Source: Acidobacteriota bacterium
Lineage (GTDB): Bacteria > Acidobacteriota > Blastocatellia > Pyrinomonadales > Pyrinomonadaceae
Reading direction: 5' to 3'
DNA length: 64,000 bases
NCBI GenBank assembly: GCA_032160165.1
Contig: JAVHWA010000089.1
Span: 3,502 to 67,501 of the forward strand
Within the stretch, counting starts at the first letter, position 1, and every line of letters begins with the position of its first letter. Made by a program: the position numbers and the translations under genes. The notes beneath the pieces are model-generated. The model saw only the letters and a program-made list of their open reading frames with translations. It was not told the origin of the DNA and searched no databases. Positions 10,309 to 17,254 of this stretch are shown here, piece after piece.

Positions 10309-11526
10309 TCACGGCCCGCCGATACCCAAATTGATCGTTCCAAGATTGGGCGGACGATTGACGGGTCCACCTTGTCTGGCCTGAAGCATCGCGAATATTG
10401 GTTCAACTCCGGCGACGAGCGTGATGGCTGTGACTCTCGTAGGATCCGCCCCTGCTGTGCTGAGCAACAGAACCATTCCGCCTGGCTTCAATTCTGCCAG
10501 CGTGGTAGCAGGAAGATTGTCAATCATTCGCTGTATGTCGAATCCGCCGGCTGCGCCCGGAGGACCACCTGCGCCCGCAGGACCACCTGCAGTCGGAGGG
10601 CCACCGGCTTTGGCCGGAGTTCCGGCAGGTCCGCCAGCAGCGGCGGGAGGACGGCCGCCGGCAGGTGGTGCTCCGCCTGCTCCAGCCGGTCCACCCGCGG
10701 CCATCATTTGCATAAACTCCGGCGGGACATTCTTAAGCGTCGAATCTTTGCGAACAACCACTGTGAGCGGCTGCTTGGATTGAATGTCAGTAATCTTGAT
10801 CTCGCCGGCTGCGGCGTCAACCGAAGCGATCGCACCGCCGATTGTTCGGAACGAGCCCGTCACAATCTCTTCGGGAGTGAAGCGGGTGCCGTCGGTACTC
10901 TTGTCGCCTTTGGCGCGAAGCTGGTCGCCGACTTTGAGCTCATCGAACGAGCTCTTCTTGGCCTCGCTGAACTTAATCGAATCGGGCGCGTAGCGTCGCA
11001 TCTTTACTTTGTCGGTGATCGGAATGATAACTGCTTTGGGACCTTCGGCCGTCTTCGTTGATACCGTGATCTCCTTCGTCTGCGGGTTCAAAGATTCAAC
11101 CAGTCCCGAGAGTCCGCGCGACCGCCACTCGGCCCGCTCCTTCTCCTGTTTCTTCGCAATGTCGGACTGACTGACGACGATGATCTGTTGAGCGGGCACC
11201 GATTTTTTGTCCGCGGCAACATAGCCTCGTGCATAAACGCCGTCGCCCACAGTGACGTCTGTGAACGCGATTTTGATGGCTTTCGAGCGATCGGTCTCGC
11301 CGACGGGCATGCGCTCGTAAGAAGTTTTCTCGCTCAGCTTGACGCTAACAACTGATCCCGCATCCGTTTTGACGGTCATTTGTCCCGCGGGAGCATTGAT
11401 CTCGGTGATCTTTCCGAAAACTCGTGTTGCGGTGATAGCAGGGTCACTGTCTTGCGCAGAAGCGGTCGCACCTGTTAAGAGCGTGAACACAGCAAGCGCA
11501 AGAACTCCAAAAGCCTTTTTCATCAA
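10309..11526 (-). CDS. Secreted protein of unknown function with repeated beta-rich modules and a Gly/Pro/Ala-rich tract
   Basis: A signal peptide (ASAQD) is followed by repeated modules of the type G.I..I......I.V. There is a long tract reading AAGGPAGAGGAPPAGGRPPAAAGGPAG. Confidence 0.5.
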   Translation of the reverse strand: MMKKAFGVLALAVFTLLTGATASAQDSDPAITATRVFGKITEINAPAGQMTVKTDAGSVVSVKLSEKTSYERMPVGETDRSKAIKIAFTDVTVGDGVYARGYVAADKKSVPAQQIIVVSQSDIAKKQEKERAEWRSRGLSGLVESLNPQTKEITVSTKTAEGPKAVIIPITDKVKMRRYAPDSIKFSEAKKSSFDELKVGDQLRAKGDKSTDGTRFTPEEIVTGSFRTIGGAIASVDAAAGEIKITDIQSKQPLTVVVRKDSTLKNVPPEFMQMMAAGGPAGAGGAPPAGGRPPAAAGGPAGTPAKAGGPPTAGGPAGAGGPPGAAGGFDIQRMIDNLPATTLAELKPGGMVLLLSTAGADPTRVTAITLVAGVEPIFAMLQARQGGPVNRPPNLGTINLGIGGP

Positions 11527-11779
11527 CTTCCCTCGCTTCGATATAAGGAAAACACTGCGCTATTGCAGCATGTGACTGATATTTCGGTGGTACTGCCTGG
11601 TCGCCATCTATAATAACGAGCGACTAGCTGCTTTATTACGCGCGGACTGCGTCCAATGTTCAGTTTTTATGCCTTTATGGGGCGCTTTTCGCAGAGAAGA
11701 CGCCTGCTCGCGTGAAAAGCACCATTGAGCTAGATTAAGCGCGAGGAGGCTGAAAGTTCCAAAACCTTAATATACTGCC

Positions 11780-11807
11780 CAAGCATCGCTGAGACATCCG
11801 ATGCTTG
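11780..11807 (-). terminator. Hairpin downstream of the ECF sigma operon (possible terminator)
   Basis: The perfect 9-bp stem CAAGCATCG / CGATGCTTG has a 10-nt loop. A weak T-tract follows on the minus strand. Confidence 0.35.
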
Positions 11808-11935
11808 ACGACGGCATATCGGGGCCATTTCGATCAGAATGCCTCAGCATTACTATAGACGCATCAGCGAGTCCATTGGTTACGGGTATGTGGAGAGTTT
11901 GCAGCGAAAGGGTGCGCAAGCGGTGTTCTAACTAG

Positions 11936-12949
11936 TCAGGTGCGTCTCCATCCGACGCGATACCGGGCCGTGAGCGCGAGGCCCAGGCTTGCTACGAGCA
12001 GTCCAGCGCCGACGAACGGCCAAACATATGGGAGAGAAAGGAGAATCGCCCAGGCAATCGTTCCCGCGAGAAGCGCTACAGACTCTGAACGCAGTCTATC
12101 GCCAAAAAACCTGCGTTGAAGCCATTGGCCAGTGGCTGCCTGAATGGCCACCCGTCCGAACAGATATGCGAGCATCAATAAGATCAGCGCGGTCAGGCCA
12201 ACGAGCGCCGCAAAGACCGTCGGCAGGACGCTCAAACCTGCAATCACCCCAAAGGTCATCACTATCGAACCGACGAACCCGATCAGGCCTACTCGGACAT
12301 TAGTTAACTGTAATCGCATAACGGCACGACTGACTGCGCCCGGAGTTACCGCCGTCAACATCAACGATGCGATGAACCAGAACAGGGTCCCCATCACCCG
12401 ACTGCCCACATATGCAACCGTCCACTGAGGTGTCAGCAGGCTGGCGGGATTGCGCATGATATTGCGCAGCTCAGGTTCGAAGCCCGTGAACATTACAGTG
12501 GTGCTGGCCGGGTTTCGTCCCTGTCCACTGGTATCGCGATGATATGAACCGCCTATCACAATAACGTCGCCTCCAATTTGCGAGGCGTTGCGTTGAATAA
12601 CCGAGCCACCGATCGTTGCCACATCGCCTTCAACGATGCCCTCGACGATGACGTCGCCGCCGAACGCCATGACGCCGCGTTTGACGGTCCCTCGAACCAG
12701 TATTGATTGTCCCCAGCCGAATACATCAGACTCGCTAACGCCGTTAACGATTAGAGGCATTGTGGTATCGGGAAGCGTTTCGGCAGGGCTTTGCGCATTG
12801 ATGGCGAGGGCCATCACCAATAGCGCAAAGATCGTCGCGACCACACGTGACGCGGCGCGCACGACGTTTAAATCCGGAACCGCCTGAAGCGAGACTTGAT
12901 TCACAACAGTAAGCAAGGGGCACGTCGGGCCGCCGGACGTGGGGTTCAA
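11936..12949 (-). CDS. Membrane protein with bactofilin-like (polymer-forming) repeat region and multiple TM helices
   Basis: GGDVIVEGIVEGDVATIGGSVIQ...GGDVIVIGG repeats are followed by about 5 hydrophobic helices. It is the last gene of the sigma/anti-sigma operon. Confidence 0.5.
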   Translation of the reverse strand: MNPTSGGPTCPLLTVVNQVSLQAVPDLNVVRAASRVVATIFALLVMALAINAQSPAETLPDTTMPLIVNGVSESDVFGWGQSILVRGTVKRGVMAFGGDVIVEGIVEGDVATIGGSVIQRNASQIGGDVIVIGGSYHRDTSGQGRNPASTTVMFTGFEPELRNIMRNPASLLTPQWTVAYVGSRVMGTLFWFIASLMLTAVTPGAVSRAVMRLQLTNVRVGLIGFVGSIVMTFGVIAGLSVLPTVFAALVGLTALILLMLAYLFGRVAIQAATGQWLQRRFFGDRLRSESVALLAGTIAWAILLSLPYVWPFVGAGLLVASLGLALTARYRVGWRRT

Positions 12950-12950
12950 T

Positions 12951-13562
12951 TCAGAGACTGATCCGCGTTCTGTGATATTCGACGATCAGACGACGCAGCA
13001 TGATTAGCGCTGAGGCGAAGAGCACGATTATTAGAAGACCAAATGGCCACGATTCAAAAAACAGGTGGCTACCAACGCCGCGGGAAAGGACGGCCATACC
13101 TGCACCTGCGGAGTAGAGTGCATGCCCGAGGAAACTAAAAAGTGCAGCGGCGGATCTCCAAATCAGCCGCGCCGGTGCAAGCACTGATTCACTGGCGGCC
13201 GCTCCGCCAAGCAGCGCCACTGAGAGGATCAGCAGCACGCCGCAAAGGCCGAACGCGCGCCTCCGTTCACGAGGTTCGCGAACACCTCGCAGATCGGATT
13301 GCGCCCGTGCAGCGACGACTTGCGCAAAGTTTCTCGGCAGCTCAACGCCAGCGCCGGCTATCAGAGCGTTCTCCAACTCTGCCACCAACCTTTGCTGCAG
13401 CCGATATTCAACGGTGCACCTATCGCATGTGACAAGATGGTGTTCGAGGAACGCGATCGAACGCTGATTAAGCTCGCCGTCAAGATAAGCGATGATCTCT
13501 TCTTTATAGCAAGCTGTTCGATCTTTGGTTGAAATACTCATAGTCAACATCCAGGCGAGCAA
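12951..13562 (-). CDS. Anti-sigma factor, zf-HC2 type, single-pass membrane
   Basis: The motif is C-x23-HHLVTCDRC. TM segments follow, and the gene sits directly after the ECF sigma gene. Confidence 0.7.
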   Translation of the reverse strand: MLAWMLTMSISTKDRTACYKEEIIAYLDGELNQRSIAFLEHHLVTCDRCTVEYRLQQRLVAELENALIAGAGVELPRNFAQVVAARAQSDLRGVREPRERRRAFGLCGVLLILSVALLGGAAASESVLAPARLIWRSAAALFSFLGHALYSAGAGMAVLSRGVGSHLFFESWPFGLLIIVLFASALIMLRRLIVEYHRTRISL

Positions 13563-13585
13563 GCCTTACAATACGCGGTTTCGCA

Positions 13586-14197
13586 TCACACGCCGGTAAT
13601 TCCTCGTTCCACAAACTGATGTCGCATTAATTCACGAGCTCGAAAGAGCCGGTTCTTTACGGTGCCGAGCGGCAAGCCCGTCACATCGGCGATCTCGTCG
13701 TAGCTCAGATCGTGCGAATGGCGAAGCACTATCAACGCTTTATAGCAGGAAGGAAGCTGACGAACCACCTGCTCTATCTCGGCACGCCTTTCGGACCGCT
13801 CACTTTCTTGCTCCGGCGATAGCCGTCGACTCTCGATGGGACGTTCTCGTTGCTCCCCGTCAAACTCATTCATTAATGATTGCTCGCGCGTCGAATGCTT
13901 GCGCAAATGATCAACCGCCGAGTTGTGCGCGATCTTGTAGATCCATGTTGAGAATTTGAATTCAGAGCGATAGCGGGAGAGCGAGCTGTAGACTTTGATG
14001 AAAACTTCCTGTGTCAGATCCAGAGCGGCGTCGTAGTCTCCCACCATGCGATAGACATAGGCGGCGATGGGGCGTTGGTATCGGCGCACCAGTTCTTCGA
14101 AGCTGTCCTCGCGCCCGGCCAAAGCCCGCGATACGAGGTCGCAGTCCACGACAACAGAAAGATTGCCTACGGCTGTCGACGATGCATTCATACTCAT
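13586..14197 (-). CDS. ECF-type RNA polymerase sigma-70 factor
   Basis: Region 2 (LVRRYQRPIAAYVYRMVGDYDAALDLTQEVFIKVY...FSTWIYKIAHN) and region 4 (SYDEIADVTGLPLGTVKNRLFRAR) are both recognisable. Confidence 0.9.
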   Translation of the reverse strand: MSMNASSTAVGNLSVVVDCDLVSRALAGREDSFEELVRRYQRPIAAYVYRMVGDYDAALDLTQEVFIKVYSSLSRYRSEFKFSTWIYKIAHNSAVDHLRKHSTREQSLMNEFDGEQRERPIESRRLSPEQESERSERRAEIEQVVRQLPSCYKALIVLRHSHDLSYDEIADVTGLPLGTVKNRLFRARELMRHQFVERGITGV

Positions 14198-14278
14198 GAT
14201 GCTCTGGTTTTACGATGCTGGCGCATTAAAAGTTTCAGATCCGAATCTTCGTGCCCTGGGCCGAACCGCTGGGTTTTC

Positions 14279-14956
14279 TTAATTTTTGGGAGTTGCTGGC
14301 GAAAGACGATTCAAGGTAAATGTCTTCATGTTTTCACACTCTGGATCTAACCCACCAATCTTTACTGTCGCGGTAACGGTCTCAGCCTGAACTCCGGTAG
14401 TGTCTACGGTGAGAGTTGGGTTGCGCTTGCCGCTAACCATCTTTCCGGCTGAAATGGTCCAGGTGTAAGCGGGCTTTAAGTCAGCGGGGCCCATCAAACT
14501 TAGGCTGAAGGTAGCCAACGACCCAGCTGCATTAACCGAGCCGTCTATGATTAGAACTGGACAATTGCAGAGCTCGAAATTAATTATGAACGCCGAAGAC
14601 GATGCAATACCTCCCCGGCCATCGCTCACCTCTACGGTTGCTCTGTGATGTCCCAGCTGATCGAATCCCCACCGCACTCTGCGGCCGGAACCAACGAGCT
14701 TGCCGGTGCTGGTTGTGTATTTGTAAGTTAGCTTATCTCCGTCAGGGTCTTTTGCATCAGCGAAAAGTCTAACCTCTCCTCCATAGCATAGCGTTGTCGG
14801 AGAGGCGATAAGAGTGACGGTAGGCGGGAGATTCTGCGGCACCTTCTTTCGTGCTATCTGGGCCGATGCTGCAACGCACAACATTGGAAGAGCGAGTGCC
14901 AGCAACGTCGACTTCGTCGCAACTTTCGCTTCCAGTGAATAGGTGAGTCTGAACAT
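14279..14956 (-). CDS. Secreted PKD/Ig-like domain protein, last gene of the secretion cluster
   Basis: A signal peptide is followed by the DPDGDKLTYKYTTSTG...VEVSDGRGG motif typical of PKD-like domains. Confidence 0.5.
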   Translation of the reverse strand: MFRLTYSLEAKVATKSTLLALALPMLCVAASAQIARKKVPQNLPPTVTLIASPTTLCYGGEVRLFADAKDPDGDKLTYKYTTSTGKLVGSGRRVRWGFDQLGHHRATVEVSDGRGGIASSSAFIINFELCNCPVLIIDGSVNAAGSLATFSLSLMGPADLKPAYTWTISAGKMVSGKRNPTLTVDTTGVQAETVTATVKIGGLDPECENMKTFTLNRLSPATPKN

Positions 14957-14968
14957 CTGTTCCGGCTC

Positions 14969-15925
14969 CTAGCTCCACGCAAGCGTTGCCAGGCCGGCGG
15001 GCGCGGCAAGGGCGTCAAAGCTGAAGTCGCCGGACGGAAGCAAAAGGCCAACGGCCGCAGCATCCAGCATTCGAGGGCGGGTCTCCAGGGTCTCGTTTAC
15101 GATCTCGCTCACGCGGTTCCTGTCGAAACCCTCGCCTACGACCAGAATCCGATTGAGTGCATCCGGCGCGCCCCCGTTGTCCCCGGCAACGACGCGATCT
15201 CGGTAAAAAAGAAGAAGACGGTAGAGCTCGTCATCGCGGTCCTCAGCATCGCACATTACCGAGCGGACGATTGTCGGTTGTTTGTTGCGAAGCATTACCG
15301 CAGTGAACCCTTCGGCGTGCGAGCTGATCAGCAGGGAATCTCCCGGTTCTGCCGTCCGATTAAGCCATAGCGCTTCGCCCTGATGTCGAGGCAGAATCAA
15401 TCCTGCACGCCAGCCCAGCTCCGCGAAGACTGATTCGTACTCAGCCAGCACCGAAAGCCGAATCGCGGTGGCCAAATATCTGGACCGTCCCTGCGCGTCG
15501 GCGGGCAGTCGTTCGCGCGTCACTCTTATCTCGTCCGTGGGCGCGCCAAAGGACCGTTCGTACTTCCATCGCAACACGTCTTCCAGCTCTGCACGCGAGG
15601 CGGCTTCGGTATCCAGTGTGAGGATGGCGACCCGTGTCACCGCTTCGGGAAGCGCGACAGACCACTTCTCCTGCTTTCCCAGGCCCGCACTCAAGGCCGC
15701 TTCCGAAAGCAGGTTCACCAATGAAGCGATGTCCGAGATATTGGTGTCGTCGAAACTCGGCTGGATGAGCGACTGTGGCAGCGTTATGGTGGCCGCGCGT
15801 CTGATGGAAAAACCGCCGCCGCGTGGGCGGTCCAGATGAACAACCGTCGCCTGACTGTTCTCGAGCCCCAGAGCGGCCGAGGGAAAGCGAGGGCTCGCAA
15901 GCTTACCGAAAGGTGTGGGAGGCAT
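14969..15925 (-). CDS. PilM/GspL-like assembly protein (actin-like fold, weak)
   Basis: The call rests on its position in the cluster plus a PilM-like layout: GLENSQATVVHL..., LP...I.PSFDD.NI.D...L, LPEAVTRVAILTLD...ELEDVLRW. Confidence 0.45.
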   Translation of the reverse strand: MPPTPFGKLASPRFPSAALGLENSQATVVHLDRPRGGGFSIRRAATITLPQSLIQPSFDDTNISDIASLVNLLSEAALSAGLGKQEKWSVALPEAVTRVAILTLDTEAASRAELEDVLRWKYERSFGAPTDEIRVTRERLPADAQGRSRYLATAIRLSVLAEYESVFAELGWRAGLILPRHQGEALWLNRTAEPGDSLLISSHAEGFTAVMLRNKQPTIVRSVMCDAEDRDDELYRLLLFYRDRVVAGDNGGAPDALNRILVVGEGFDRNRVSEIVNETLETRPRMLDAAAVGLLLPSGDFSFDALAAPAGLATLAWS

Positions 15926-16016
15926 AAATTAGAATTGAACTCTAAGAGGCGTTACCGGCCGGAGCGGTCCAACAATAGTTTCCCACTCTAACGGTACGCG
16001 CGCTGGCGACCAGCTT

Positions 16017-16391
16017 TCACCACTCGTTGTAAGAGGAACCGTCGGAAGCCTGATCTGGTGATCCGCTCCGAACGTTGGTGACGCCGGTTCCCCCTTCCGC
16101 GGAACTGGGGTCATCGCCCATCTCGGGTGCCCATGTATCATTCCGCTCAGTTAAGGGATCTACCGGGATCTCGCGCATGTACCCCGCGTTAACAAGTTCC
16201 TCAAGCGACGATGGCAGCTTGCCCTTATCGGCCGCGTACATGTCGATCGATTTTCGAAATTGGAAAAGGTCGTCGCGAAGCACGGTCTCTTTCGCATAGA
16301 CCACAGTTTTCTGATACTGCGGCATAGCGATCGCGGCGAGAATGATGATTATCGAAATGACGATCATCAACTCGAGCAGGGTGAATCCCAT
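16017..16391 (-). CDS. GspG-like pseudopilin (prepilin-type N-terminal methylation domain); start uncertain
   Basis: It shows GFTLLELMIVISIIIILAAIAMPQY and a GspG-like C-terminal part (GKLPSSLEELVNAGYMREIPVDP). The track ORF extends to 16646, but that extension is translated heptamer repeats and overlaps the upstream gene. The ATG at 16391 lies immediately before G-FTLLE. Confidence 0.7.
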   Translation of the reverse strand: MGFTLLELMIVISIIIILAAIAMPQYQKTVVYAKETVLRDDLFQFRKSIDMYAADKGKLPSSLEELVNAGYMREIPVDPLTERNDTWAPEMGDDPSSAEGGTGVTNVRSGSPDQASDGSSYNEW

Positions 16392-16398
16392 CGAACTA

Positions 16399-16506
16399 GT
16401 TGGCAGTTGGCAGTTGGCAGTTGGCAGTTCACTCTGCGCGTTCGCAGCATCAAGCGTAGCCGACGACTCATCGCCCACTGCAAACTGAAGACTGCTTACT
16501 GCCAAC
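16399..16506. repeat. Inverted heptamer arrays (GTTGGCA)x4 ... (TGNNNAC)x4 between the two pseudopilin genes
   Basis: GTTGGCA is repeated four times at 16399-16426. TGCAAAC TGAAGAC TGCTTAC TGCCAAC lies at 16479-16506 and is the reverse-complement unit. Confidence 0.85.
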
Positions 16507-16512
16507 TGGCTC

Positions 16513-17253
16513 TTACCAATCACTATACTTCTCTCCATTGAGCGCGGTCCCGTTCGACTTGGAACGAACGTCGAACACGTTCTCGCCTCCCCAAGAGCCC
16601 GAATCCTTCGAGTCGTAGGTCGAGCGCAGGTCCCAATCGCGCTCACCCGTCATAGGGTCGATCGGGATATCGCGGAGGTAAACTTTCTTCTTGGTCGACG
16701 TGAGCGTGTTGCTTGTCGCCGTAGTATTCGAATTACCCAGACCGACTATCCCGCCGCCACCGCCGGCAGGCTGTCCGATTGGCGTCACACTCACGCCGTT
16801 TACCAACGTCTCGAGATCGGGTGGATATCGATCCGGGTTGTCGGTGCCGAAAATTGTGTTATCTGTTATCGCTACCCGGACTCGAGGGTCAATCATAGGC
16901 GGGTTCGCGTTCGGGTTGGGGTTGGGATTGGGCTGCGCCTGTTGTTGCTGTTGTCCCAGCATTGCCGCGCCAAGAACCGCCTCACGATGAAATTGGTCTA
17001 TAGCGGCGCGCAGTTCATGAAGTGCTTCGCGCAGCCGCTGCTCTCGCTGACGCTTGACCGACACCTTCAGCAAGGGGATTGCTCCCATGGTGAGGATTGT
17101 CAGAATCATGAGCGTGATTACCAGTTCGAGGAGCGAAAAGCCGCTCGCCGAATGGCTGAGAGAGCGATGGGCAGTTGGTAGTGATGGTCCCGCTTTCCGC
17201 GTTCCCTTCTCGACTGCCAACTGCCCTTTCCTTGCTGACAACTGCTTTTTCAT
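16513..17253 (-). CDS. GspG-like pseudopilin with long basic leader and Q/N/P-rich insert
   Basis: It shows GFSLLELVITLMILTILTMGAIPLL, an insert QQQQQAQPNPNPNPNANPP, and a C-terminal YLRDIPIDPMTGE. Confidence 0.75.
   Translation of the reverse strand: MKKQLSARKGQLAVEKGTRKAGPSLPTAHRSLSHSASGFSLLELVITLMILTILTMGAIPLLKVSVKRQREQRLREALHELRAAIDQFHREAVLGAAMLGQQQQQAQPNPNPNPNANPPMIDPRVRVAITDNTIFGTDNPDRYPPDLETLVNGVSVTPIGQPAGGGGGIVGLGNSNTTATSNTLTSTKKKVYLRDIPIDPMTGERDWDLRSTYDSKDSGSWGGENVFDVRSKSNGTALNGEKYSDW
17169..17226. repeat. 10-bp inverted repeat GGGCAGTTGG / CCAACTGCCC (same TTGGCAG family) inside the pseudopilin leader-coding region
   Basis: The perfect arms lie at 17169-17178 and 17217-17226. Confidence 0.8.
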
Positions 17254-17254
17254 A

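Noticed and set aside
16392-16646. N-terminal 85-aa extension of the first pseudopilin ORF
   Set aside because: The extension is the translation of heptamer arrays and overlaps the 3' end of the upstream pseudopilin gene. I regard it as mostly non-coding, but the true start remains uncertain.
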